From: a virus
Virus record (IMG/VR): IMGVR_UViG_3300021256_000025
Reading direction: 5' to 3' (one strand)
Length of the DNA: 44,282 nt
The notes under the pieces are model-generated. The model ran no database searches, was not told where the DNA came from, and saw only the letters and a program-made list of their open reading frames with translations. The position numbers and the translations under genes were made by a program. Below are positions 1 to 8,286 of this stretch, one piece after another (the stretch's first letter is position 1; each line of letters begins with the position of its first letter).

Positions 1-127
1 AGAGTGCGAACACAAACAAATACAGCTCCAACCGGTGTGCCCCAGGAAACTCGTAGTCGTCCTGGTATGTCACCCCCAGCAGGATCTGAATTGGATCTAA
101 AACATAACCCTCGATAAGCAACCAAAC
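1..127. repeat. Terminal direct repeat, left copy (identical to 44156..44282)
   Basis: Read base by base: agagtgcgaacacaaac...aagcaaccaaac occurs at both window ends. Confidence 0.95.
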
Positions 128-132
128 ACCTC

Positions 133-564
133 CTAACTCACCACGTGAACGCAAGGATTTAACCCTTCAGCCACCGCATCACGCCAGTAGTAACAAATCC
201 AGAGAATGTCAATATTCCGCATACGGAAACACCCATAGGTCGGGAGTAGCGGCTGTATGGCCTGCATAGCCCCGTCCCAGCCAAGATTTGAACCTCCTCC
301 ATGGACCGCTCGCCCCCGACCGTCGATATTGAGGTAGGCCCAACCGAAAGCTGCAGATAAATCATCCTCGCCGGGATAGTCAATATCCGCCCAGACAGTC
401 TCCCGGTATACGCCATCCGCAGCATTCCCCCGCGGCTGCCCGGCTTCGTTCTCACCCTCGTAAAAATCCGTAGATATCTCGGCCTTGTGCATGACTTCGT
501 AGTTTTCATCAAGACAGTAGACCATTTTTTTCGTTTTATTGATCTGAACTTCTTTAAGCCTCAC
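133..564 (-). CDS. YkuD-fold (L,D-transpeptidase-like) peptidoglycan hydrolase, probable endolysin
   Basis: AVHGGGS...(about 20 aa)...TYGCFRMRNID resembles the YkuD His/Cys catalytic motif (SHGCIRL.N.D); 4-nt overlap with the upstream holin. Confidence 0.6.
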   Translation of the reverse strand: MRLKEVQINKTKKMVYCLDENYEVMHKAEISTDFYEGENEAGQPRGNAADGVYRETVWADIDYPGEDDLSAAFGWAYLNIDGRGRAVHGGGSNLGWDGAMQAIQPLLPTYGCFRMRNIDILWICYYWRDAVAEGLNPCVHVVS

Positions 565-1085
565 TTTATGGCCTCCTTCCGTTTTTTGACGACAGCTACC
601 AATTCCCGGGCCACCTGCACGTTACACTCCTGCAGGTTTTCCAGAATCGACAAAAACTCCGTGCACGACAGCACCATCGTGATCAGGCTGACCACCCATG
701 CCGTGGGAGAATGTGCGATCAGCATTGCCACGTCACATACCGACGCCGCAAACAGAATGGTGATATACGTCCCCAGCTTTGAGAGGAACCGGTCCCGCAG
801 CTCCTTGCTTTTGATATACCGCCACCGCCTGGCCTGTGAAATAAATTTGTAGTACGTCCATACGGACCCCGGTGTCTGCGGGTACATATCATGCCAGAGC
901 TTGGCACTTTGGGCCAGCCACCGGGTGAATATATCCATACCGGCGAGCACAATAAAAACCGCGATGAGCTGCAACTGCACGCCCATCGCGTCTGCTACCG
1001 TGGCCACCCCGGCACTGGCCGCCACCTTCTCCGGCCAATGCTCCAGCACGGATTTAACCGTGTCACTGCTAAATAATTTGTTCAT
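561..1085 (-). CDS. Holin (toxin-secretion/phage-lysis holin, Phage_holin_4_1-like)
   Basis: Multiple TM helices, AGMDIFTRW and C-terminal TEFLSILENLQE motif typical of this holin family; sits just upstream of the lysin. Confidence 0.7.
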   Translation of the reverse strand: MNKLFSSDTVKSVLEHWPEKVAASAGVATVADAMGVQLQLIAVFIVLAGMDIFTRWLAQSAKLWHDMYPQTPGSVWTYYKFISQARRWRYIKSKELRDRFLSKLGTYITILFAASVCDVAMLIAHSPTAWVVSLITMVLSCTEFLSILENLQECNVQVARELVAVVKKRKEAIK

Positions 1086-1120
1086 TTTTTAGGCCTCTGC
1101 GATAGATAATGTCTTTCAAT

Positions 1121-1519
1121 TTAATCCACCAAAATGTACCCACCCATAATGCTGTGGTCGTTCGTTACGCCACTCCTTGCATGCCGAGCATAAATTTTAA
1201 ACGTTGTTTCTTGTGTTACAGATCCTGTTAATGTTGCAGAAGATGTGTTTGTAGATTGATTTTCCATAATAGCGGACGCATTCGCTGCGTCACTATAAGA
1301 AATTGCCACGCCAGTAGGTTTGCCATTGTTAAAAAATTCCCTGGCCGTAATAAAGAATATTGCATTGGCTGGAATTGTTACTGTATTAACTTGTTCGAAA
1401 TTCGTACTTGTAAACTCATGACTGCCACTAATGAATATAGGCACAATCTTAGCGTTCACCCATTCCCTGCTGGCTATCTCTCGTTTTTCAAACTGCGCAC
1501 TTCCGTCTTGTATTGCCAT
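1121..1519 (-). CDS. Hypothetical protein (tail-fibre accessory position)
   Basis: 132-aa ORF, RBS AAGGAGGAAAT, 12 nt after the tail-collar gene; no recognisable motif. Confidence 0.5.
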   Translation of the reverse strand: MAIQDGSAQFEKREIASREWVNAKIVPIFISGSHEFTSTNFEQVNTVTIPANAIFFITAREFFNNGKPTGVAISYSDAANASAIMENQSTNTSSATLTGSVTQETTFKIYARHARSGVTNDHSIMGGYILVD

Positions 1520-1531
1520 ATTTCCTCCTTG

Positions 1532-1993
1532 TTAGAATTTAATAATGTAACGCATGGTCAGGGCTGGAGGCTGTACTGTGCTTGAATTGCCGTAGATGAA
1601 AGAAGAACGAGATGCATCAATGCCAAAAGAATAAGAAGAACCACTCGTTGTGGACAATGTGCCACCCGTTTTTTGAAGGTTGGGATAAAACGAACCAGAT
1701 GCAGAATCAGACGAACTACTATACAACAGACCAACCGCACCACCATAGCTTACATTACCTGTAATATTCGGCAACCCAGCCGCCTTTTGCGTTCCTGCTG
1801 TAGCACTGCCCTGAATAAATCTGTCTGTTAAATTAGGCAGATTAAATGTACTGTTTCCATCTCCACTGCCATAAGTTGTTCCAATGACCTCAAACAGCCT
1901 TGCATACGTTGTTCTGCTTACTGCAGAGCCATCACACAACAGCCATCCTGCTGGCGTACTATTGCCAGCAAATGCCTTTACCTCGCCCGCCAT
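1532..1993 (-). CDS. Tail-collar domain fibre protein (probably the C-terminal part of one fibre gene split at a G7 tract)
   Basis: FAGNSTPAGWLLCDGSAVSRTTYARLFEVIGTTYGSGDGNSTFNLPNL = phage tail-collar signature; frame stays open upstream to 2092 and continues the 2035..2568 protein motif. Confidence 0.7.
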   Translation of the reverse strand: MAGEVKAFAGNSTPAGWLLCDGSAVSRTTYARLFEVIGTTYGSGDGNSTFNLPNLTDRFIQGSATAGTQKAAGLPNITGNVSYGGAVGLLYSSSSDSASGSFYPNLQKTGGTLSTTSGSSYSFGIDASRSSFIYGNSSTVQPPALTMRYIIKF

Positions 1994-2034
1994 GGCGTAT
2001 GAACCTACCACGAATGTACACGTACCATCTACAA

Positions 2035-2568
2035 TTACCCCCCCGTAGTGAACGAAGGCTCGGTTGCTCCTGTCGTTCCTGCTACAGTGCATTCAAGATA
2101 GTAACGAGTACCAAGGGTAGCGGAATAAACAATATCCCCCACAGAATAGGCAGTATTGCGCTGCAGAGTATTAATGGCGTTAGCAGACATTACACCCGCA
2201 ACCGATAGATTGCCAGTAATATTACCGCCACTCAACGGCAAATAATCCTGCAATTCTGTTTCTAAATTATTAAGCGTGACATAATCCTGCAATTCTGCCT
2301 GTACATAGGCTGTTGTGGCAATCTTTATAGAACTGTCGCCCGGAGTTGGTGTCGGCGCCGTAGGCGTACCCGTAAAGGCAGGACTCGCGATAGGTGCTAA
2401 CCCCAGTACATCCACGCCCCGTTCCAATACCTTGCCAGGAATATCAAAATCTGCCGGATTTGCCAAATTCTTATTATTGCTCCAACTTAACACGCCCTCG
2501 TTTGATACCGCAGGCGTAAACGTGGCGCCATCGCCAACCGAAATTTTACCGATAATCGAATCTGCCAT
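2035..2568 (-). CDS. Tail fibre protein, N-terminal/shaft part
   Basis: SPAFTGTPTAPTPTPGDSSIKIATTAYV motif common in phage fibre N-termini; ELQDY coiled repeats; stops inside the G7 tract. Confidence 0.7.
   Translation of the reverse strand: MADSIIGKISVGDGATFTPAVSNEGVLSWSNNKNLANPADFDIPGKVLERGVDVLGLAPIASPAFTGTPTAPTPTPGDSSIKIATTAYVQAELQDYVTLNNLETELQDYLPLSGGNITGNLSVAGVMSANAINTLQRNTAYSVGDIVYSATLGTRYYLECTVAGTTGATEPSFTTGG
2038..2044 (-). repeat. G7 homopolymer (C7 on plus) at the junction of two tail-fibre ORFs
   Basis: Minus strand reads acg ggg ggg taa in frame A and ggg ggg gta att in the -1 frame. Confidence 0.9.
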
Positions 2569-2569
2569 A

Positions 2570-2872
2570 TCAATGCACCTCCTCTGTAACAGTCAATGTG
2601 GCCGGGCCCAGCACCACGGTCTCCGTGCCGCCACCATCCACCTTGACCACCTCGTAATACAGAACCCCGAACGGCAATGCATCCGTGTCGCTGCGCTGGA
2701 TCAAAAAACTCCCGTCCGGCAGCCGCCCCCGGGAGAATAATAGATCTGTTCGCCCGGCATCCCGGTACACCCGGAGCACCAGCGACTCCCCTGCCGCTAA
2801 CGTGGCCCCGATATACAGGTAGGCATCATCGCCCCGGGTCAGGCTCAACTTTTCCCCGTCAATCTTAAACAT
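2570..2872 (-). CDS. Hypothetical beta-rich protein, paralogous to the N-terminal domain of 3763..4698
   Basis: ATG overlaps the upstream TGA, RBS GGAGGAGGA; shares LP[FY]G.YY[ED][VL]V and [VI]LGP motifs with the DUF2612-like protein N-terminus. Confidence 0.55.
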   Translation of the reverse strand: MFKIDGEKLSLTRGDDAYLYIGATLAAGESLVLRVYRDAGRTDLLFSRGRLPDGSFLIQRSDTDALPFGVLYYEVVKVDGGGTETVVLGPATLTVTEEVH

Positions 2873-3750
2873 CAGGCAGTCCTCCTCCACATGTACACAT
2901 AAACCGACGCAGGCCGCACGTCAAAACTTGCGCTCGTGCCAGCACTGGCCGTTGTACCAGAATGCGTGTGTGCCCCATTATTGCCGGTTGTCGCACCGAA
3001 GCTGTGGGTATGATTCCCTACCGTACTCACGCTATGCGTGTGTGCGCCAGCCGATGATATATTGCCGTCATAACCGCCGTCCGACCACTGCATTTCTGCT
3101 ACGTTACCGCGTGCACCAGTGCCGTTACGAGTTATAAATTTATGAGTATGGTTACCAGCCGACCCCGTTGAGTGGCTGTGACTCCCAGCGCCTCCGGTGG
3201 TGCCAGAAACATAATGCGTATGGCCGCCAGCACTCCCGGTCACGAAACTGTGCGTGTGCGCCACCAACGGTACATTTTTAGTGTGCGCCCCAACACCCGT
3301 CGTCCCGTCAACAGTATCGCCATCCTCTGCAGCCAGTAAATATTTTCCCTTGATTTGTACCCATGTTCCGCCGCCCAACAGTGTGGCCGGATTAGTGTTC
3401 TGGAACGTCAGGAACACGCTCCCCACAGGCCATGAATCTATCGGGCGCACTGCAGTGATAGCCCCGCTGCCATTGGGCGTATTCCCATTAACAGAGAATG
3501 CAAACGCCCGCTGTATAGCATCTACCAAAGCACCCGGATCTGAATCGTTAGCATCAAATCCTCGGGCCGCCAGCACAGACGCCATCGCATAGGCCATAAC
3601 ACTGCACTGCCGATATAACTTGTTGTGCATCTTCGGGGAAGCCAGCCCCGGGGTAACCCCATTCAAGCGCTGCCCTTCCGCAATGTACTCCGCATCCGTA
3701 TCAATAGACGTCATCGATTCGTCAAAAATCTGGAAATTATGTTCTGCCAT
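2872..3750 (-). CDS. Tail fibre/baseplate fibre with seven G-x-H-x-H repeats
   Basis: AHTHS, GHTHY, SHSHS, NHTHK, AHTHS, NHTHS, AHTHS in the C-terminal half; the HxH metal-binding repeat type is known from T4 fibre tips. Confidence 0.7.
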   Translation of the reverse strand: MAEHNFQIFDESMTSIDTDAEYIAEGQRLNGVTPGLASPKMHNKLYRQCSVMAYAMASVLAARGFDANDSDPGALVDAIQRAFAFSVNGNTPNGSGAITAVRPIDSWPVGSVFLTFQNTNPATLLGGGTWVQIKGKYLLAAEDGDTVDGTTGVGAHTKNVPLVAHTHSFVTGSAGGHTHYVSGTTGGAGSHSHSTGSAGNHTHKFITRNGTGARGNVAEMQWSDGGYDGNISSAGAHTHSVSTVGNHTHSFGATTGNNGAHTHSGTTASAGTSASFDVRPASVYVYMWRRTA

Positions 3751-3762
3751 AACTCATCCTCC

Positions 3763-4698
3763 TTATAAGGGCTCTGCCCAGTGCGCCGTGTAACCAGAGA
3801 AATCCGCATCATTCAGGTCATAAGCAAACAACGGCTTACCTGTGGTATCCGTGATTAAAAGATTATTTATGCGCACGCCTTCAGGCTTCGGCACAATGTA
3901 ACCGTTCACGATCAACTCCCGCATGAGTGAAGTAAAATCCCCAGATATAACCACGTTGTACGTCATCGCATCCCCGGGTCCTTGTGTCTGCAGGTCCTGG
4001 ATCTGTAAATCAATCCCCGGGAACAAAACATCCCAAGCACTGTACAACTCATCCAGCGTGCCTTTCCACAGGTTCTGGATCAGCCTTGCCTTGATGACCA
4101 GCCGATACGTTTCATCATCCATGACAGGCCCGGACCCATCCGACGGATAAAAAGACAATGTCCTGCCTACGCCCGCAATCTTCCCCAGCGTGTCCAGCTG
4201 CTGCCCGACCGCCGTGTCCAAATTAAAAGCCTCCAGCAACTCATTCAGTACGCTGTTATGCGTCAGCCCTTCCGACAGCAGCCACAACAGCCAGCTGGTC
4301 AACCTTGGTCGCGTTTTATATTCGCTCGTTAGCAGTTTCCTGTACCCATCCAGCACCACATCGTCGTCACCGCCAATAACGAAATTGCACGGTCCCAGAA
4401 TCGTGTCTGTCCAGACCTCTCCGCGTTCCTCATGCCGAAGCACCAAGTCATAGAGATATGTCCCGTATGGCAGCGTAGCCGTGTGCGACGGCACCAGCGG
4501 AATCACAGCCTCGGTACTGGTCACCTGAAACGCATTGACCTGTGAATTCACAGACGACCGCACCGTAAATATCAGTGTGTCCTTACCCGGAATAAGTGCA
4601 TAATCTGCCTGATTGGCGCGCCGCACCTGCACCGGAATGTTCACCGGATACCCTCGTGCAATGGAGATGTTCATATCTTCGTCAACCGCAAAAAGCAT
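3763..4698 (-). CDS. Baseplate wedge protein, DUF2612-like C-terminal domain with extra N-terminal Ig-like domain
   Basis: YRKLLTSEYKTRPRL...LDTAVGQQLDTLGKIAGVGR...DDETYRLVIKARLIQNLWKGT matches the DUF2612 pattern as I recall it. Confidence 0.65.
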   Translation of the reverse strand: MLFAVDEDMNISIARGYPVNIPVQVRRANQADYALIPGKDTLIFTVRSSVNSQVNAFQVTSTEAVIPLVPSHTATLPYGTYLYDLVLRHEERGEVWTDTILGPCNFVIGGDDDVVLDGYRKLLTSEYKTRPRLTSWLLWLLSEGLTHNSVLNELLEAFNLDTAVGQQLDTLGKIAGVGRTLSFYPSDGSGPVMDDETYRLVIKARLIQNLWKGTLDELYSAWDVLFPGIDLQIQDLQTQGPGDAMTYNVVISGDFTSLMRELIVNGYIVPKPEGVRINNLLITDTTGKPLFAYDLNDADFSGYTAHWAEPL

Positions 4699-4712
4699 CT
4701 ACATCTCCCCCC

Positions 4713-5912
4713 TTAATCAAGGCCGTCCGTTACCGTAATGTGGTCCAGCTCAATCTCCGCCACCTCGTTATAATCAATCGCAATATCCGCCGTTCCCAGC
4801 GCACCCGCAGACTTCCCAATCTGCACCGAAGCCACACCAAACGCCGGCCGCTTCATGTCCGGGTTAGCACTTGCCGCCACACCGGCCAGCAGACTCACTG
4901 ACACATCCGCCGCAATATCGAACCCGGTCAGATAATCATAGATGGCCTGCTTCACATCATCCTGCATGGTCCGCACATACTCCGGCGGGTACGGGGTCAG
5001 GGTCACATTCACGTAGATCGGCACCATCGTGGGCCGATAGAACCGGATGATGTTCGCATATCCCCCGGCATCCGTGATAGTGGTCTCTATATCCCCGTTG
5101 GTATAGCACCCGATACCCTTATGCCGCAAGATCGCATCCGCAATGGTTCCTGCATCGCCGCCTTCCACCACGCAGGTCACACTGTGGGCAGGCAACCCGT
5201 ATGGGTTCGCATCGCTAACCGCAGCGCTGCTGGTGTCATTCTCGTACACTGCCAACCGCTGCACGTTATCCACAGCCGCAATCGCCGCATAGGTGCCTGC
5301 CAGCATAGTCTGTGACGGCCCCGCCACAGAAGCCGTCTGCCGCACCCGGAGCTCCGCATCCGTCTCGGTCTCCTCCCCGGGCACCGCCGCCGCAGGATTC
5401 GTGACGGTCAGCCATCCATACGTCGGTGTGTTGATTTTATTGATTTCATTCGCCGCCGCAGCGACCGGTCCGCTCTGACTGCAGGTAGCCGTAACCGTGA
5501 CCGTCCCTGATGTCGGGATGGATACTGTCGCCGGCAAATTCCAGATAACATCACTCGAATCTTTCACGGATCCGTTAACAATTTGTGTGTACGGCGTACC
5601 GGTAATGACCACGTCCGCTGTGGACCGGCTGCCCGGTTTGCGCGCAATACCGTTGATCTTAACCACGGCATCCAGCCCCACACCCACCGCCGTCAAAGGA
5701 CTCCGGCTGTTATAAGCCATCGCAATCCCCTGCAGCGTGTCGTAAGTTTTCAGCGCGAAAATGCTGATCAGCTGATAATCTGCAGAATCATTCTCAAGAT
5801 AGATATCATCCCCAAAGATGGACTTCGCACCGGCCACCAGGTCGTCCACGATATCCTGATAGGTCGGGTAGTGAAAACCCGTCTCATCGATATAAGGCGC
5901 AAAATAAGCCAA
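4713..5912 (-). CDS. Baseplate J-like protein (Mu gp47/T4 gp6 class)
   Basis: 399 aa, N-terminal FAPYIDETGFHYPTYQDI...DDIYLENDSADYQL pattern and position after the gp25-like gene. Confidence 0.75.
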   Translation of the reverse strand: MAYFAPYIDETGFHYPTYQDIVDDLVAGAKSIFGDDIYLENDSADYQLISIFALKTYDTLQGIAMAYNSRSPLTAVGVGLDAVVKINGIARKPGSRSTADVVITGTPYTQIVNGSVKDSSDVIWNLPATVSIPTSGTVTVTATCSQSGPVAAAANEINKINTPTYGWLTVTNPAAAVPGEETETDAELRVRQTASVAGPSQTMLAGTYAAIAAVDNVQRLAVYENDTSSAAVSDANPYGLPAHSVTCVVEGGDAGTIADAILRHKGIGCYTNGDIETTITDAGGYANIIRFYRPTMVPIYVNVTLTPYPPEYVRTMQDDVKQAIYDYLTGFDIAADVSVSLLAGVAASANPDMKRPAFGVASVQIGKSAGALGTADIAIDYNEVAEIELDHITVTDGLD

Positions 5913-6284
5913 TTACCGCACCTCCCTCACATTGCTTACATAAAGCTCCCCATAGACCGTATCCACGCGGCAGGAGAAGCTGTATGCCCGTTTGTTCCGG
6001 TCGAACGTGGAATCATACCAGGACACATTCAGCACGCCCGTTGTGTCCCCGATACGGCGCGCAAAAATGATATCCACGGCCTGCTTGTTCGCATCGCTTC
6101 CGGAGCTTGCCAGAATCCGTTCAAACAAGGGCAGGCCGTCCTCCAGGTCCTCCCACCATTCGCCATACAATAAAAGAAGCCGGGATTTGACCGCCTGTCC
6201 GACGGCCTCCCGGCCTTCCAAATAATCGTTTTTCCCATGCCCGAAAACATAATCCCAGTTTTCGTCCAATCTTCGGTATTTCAT
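5913..6284 (-). CDS. Baseplate wedge subunit (gp25/W/XkdS-like, by size and position)
   Basis: 123 aa between the spike and the baseplate J gene; ATGA-coupled to the spike gene. Confidence 0.5.
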   Translation of the reverse strand: MKYRRLDENWDYVFGHGKNDYLEGREAVGQAVKSRLLLLYGEWWEDLEDGLPLFERILASSGSDANKQAVDIIFARRIGDTTGVLNVSWYDSTFDRNKRAYSFSCRVDTVYGELYVSNVREVR

Positions 6285-6913
6285 ACCACGCCTCCAGTCT
6301 CACTGGATCCTCTTTGCACGCCATCGTGTGTATGCCCAAGAAACCTCCTGCCATCAATAGTCGTTGAGCCGCCTATTGTAACATTTCCCGCGTCAATATT
6401 CACCGCACTCCCCACGATGTTGATGGTGCTCCCGGACAGCTCCACATACGCACTGCCTTCTTCATTCCGAAGCTGACAGCTGTTTGTGGAATAACCAGAT
6501 ACCCGGCGCGGCTGGCTCCACGGACCGAGAATGGCAAACGCGTCCGACAAGTCATGACGCCGGATATCAATCTGGTTCTGTACTCCGCTGTTCTGCCACC
6601 AAGCATCGATACAGGAATCCCCGATGCACACCAGGCACTCATCCCCCGGCTGGATAGGCAGCGTCAGCACATACCCGCCAGCCCTCGGCCAGCACACCGG
6701 CACATCCAGCAGCAAGGGAATGTCCGTCCAATTCCGGGATCCGTCCTCACCGATCAGGCACTCCCGGATAGCAGGCCGCACGTTGACCGTCTGCTGGTCT
6801 GCATCGTAGCTCTCAATAATTCCCGGCATGTGGCACCGAAGTTTTATACTCGCCTGCCGCTGCCGGATAGCTTCCTGCCTTTCCGGAATCGGGTTCATTT
6901 CGTCAATCGTCAT
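6281..6913 (-). CDS. Baseplate central spike (Gp138 N-terminal domain / Mu gp45 / P2 V class)
   Basis: MPGIIESYDADQQTVNVRPAI...DVPVCWPRAGGYVLTLPIQPGDECLVCIGDSCIDAWW fits the Gp138_N OB-fold pattern. Confidence 0.7.
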   Translation of the reverse strand: MTIDEMNPIPERQEAIRQRQASIKLRCHMPGIIESYDADQQTVNVRPAIRECLIGEDGSRNWTDIPLLLDVPVCWPRAGGYVLTLPIQPGDECLVCIGDSCIDAWWQNSGVQNQIDIRRHDLSDAFAILGPWSQPRRVSGYSTNSCQLRNEEGSAYVELSGSTINIVGSAVNIDAGNVTIGGSTTIDGRRFLGHTHDGVQRGSSETGGVV

Positions 6914-6922
6914 GCCGCCACC

Positions 6923-7945
6923 TCACGTCCCATTCACATAAGTGCTGCCGCTGGCATAGATACCGGGCAGCGCCGCAGCGCCATGCCTGGACAGTCCGAC
7001 CACATCCGTGTACCAATCATTCCCCCGGGTGTCTCCCCGGTGGGTGACCTCGATGGCCTGATAGATCCACTCATCGTCCAGCGGCAACTGTTTCTGACCA
7101 ACCGTCAGCTGTTGCTCCTGAATCTCCGACCGTGCGATTTTTATCTTCGTCCAGAGCTTAATCGACGGATTCAGCAACACCCGAAAATTTAACCCGTTTG
7201 TGGTCTGTTGCGGCACCCCGATCAGCCCGGTAAACGGATCTATCTGTATCGCCTCTTCATCCGCAATGTCCGACGGCTTAACCAGATTCACCGTTCCCCC
7301 GTCCATGTAGTACGTGGCATCATTCCCCCGGCAGATATCCTCCACATAATCAAAAGCCCGGCCAAAAAAGACCTTGCCCCGGGGAAGTTTCTGCTGGCTC
7401 AACCAATCCGTGACCTTCGCCTGCGGCACCTTCACGCTGCCATTGTTGCAGACCGTATCGAAGATCTGCCGCTGGTTCATGCCCTTGTTCACGGACATCT
7501 GGATATAGTTAAAATTGAGCGGCTGGTTCCCGTCGATGCAAGATAACGTCAATACATAATCGGCATTAGTCTCCTTGCTCCGGGTGGGATAAATCACCTG
7601 CCCGTCAAAGATCACGCCATACTGTCCTGCCCCGCTGGCCTCCTGCTGGTCGGTCGTTTCCTTTTCGCCCATGATGCCCGGGCCCTTCAGATAATCGTTT
7701 TTCTGGTCAGCGCCCAGTGTTCCCTCATATCCAGCCTCAATAACGACCCGGTCGCCATCCTTTATGATCAGCTGCTCCGTGTCATTAGCGAGGTTATAAA
7801 TCTTAACAATCGCATAGGACGCACCCTGGCTCCGGCGCTTATGGACCTCAAACGTGCAGTGAAGATTCGACACATCCAGCGCCTGCTCATCATTTTTGTC
7901 GATGACCAATATGCGGTACTTCCGCAGCCATAGATACCCGCTCAT
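6923..7945 (-). CDS. Baseplate hub protein (Mu gp44 / gpD / XkdQ position)
   Basis: 340 aa immediately upstream of the spike gene; assignment by synteny only. Confidence 0.5.
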   Translation of the reverse strand: MSGYLWLRKYRILVIDKNDEQALDVSNLHCTFEVHKRRSQGASYAIVKIYNLANDTEQLIIKDGDRVVIEAGYEGTLGADQKNDYLKGPGIMGEKETTDQQEASGAGQYGVIFDGQVIYPTRSKETNADYVLTLSCIDGNQPLNFNYIQMSVNKGMNQRQIFDTVCNNGSVKVPQAKVTDWLSQQKLPRGKVFFGRAFDYVEDICRGNDATYYMDGGTVNLVKPSDIADEEAIQIDPFTGLIGVPQQTTNGLNFRVLLNPSIKLWTKIKIARSEIQEQQLTVGQKQLPLDDEWIYQAIEVTHRGDTRGNDWYTDVVGLSRHGAAALPGIYASGSTYVNGT

Positions 7946-8286
7946 GAATCATCCCCCCAGACCAGCACAAACGTGCTCCCCAGCGTTTTATTGTCCGGGT
8001 GCTCCAATTCCGTCGGGAGTGCCTGCATAACATAGGCTTCTCCAGCCCCCAGATAGCCCGCCTGGCCCAACAAATTGACGCCCAATACCAACGGTACACC
8101 TGCGCACAAAATCGCGTTCGTGGCCAAATTACGGACGTCTGCGAGCCATATGTCGTATCGGTCCAAATACCGCAGCCGCAGCTCCAGCGTGATATTTTCC
8201 TTATCGTTCTCCGACTCATTCAGTGTCAGGGTGAAAGACTGATAGCAATCCGGAGCGCACGTCAAAGGAATTTCATAATAGCTCAT
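7942..8286 (-). CDS. Hypothetical tail protein
   Basis: 114-aa ORF, 4-nt overlaps on both sides within the baseplate operon. Confidence 0.5.
   Translation of the reverse strand: MSYYEIPLTCAPDCYQSFTLTLNESENDKENITLELRLRYLDRYDIWLADVRNLATNAILCAGVPLVLGVNLLGQAGYLGAGEAYVMQALPTELEHPDNKTLGSTFVLVWGDDS

Noticed and set aside
2234-2297. Direct DNA repeat ataatcctgcaattctg (two copies) in the tail-fibre gene
   Set aside because: It simply encodes the duplicated ELQDY coiled-coil heptad of the fibre shaft. There is no evidence of a regulatory or recombination role.
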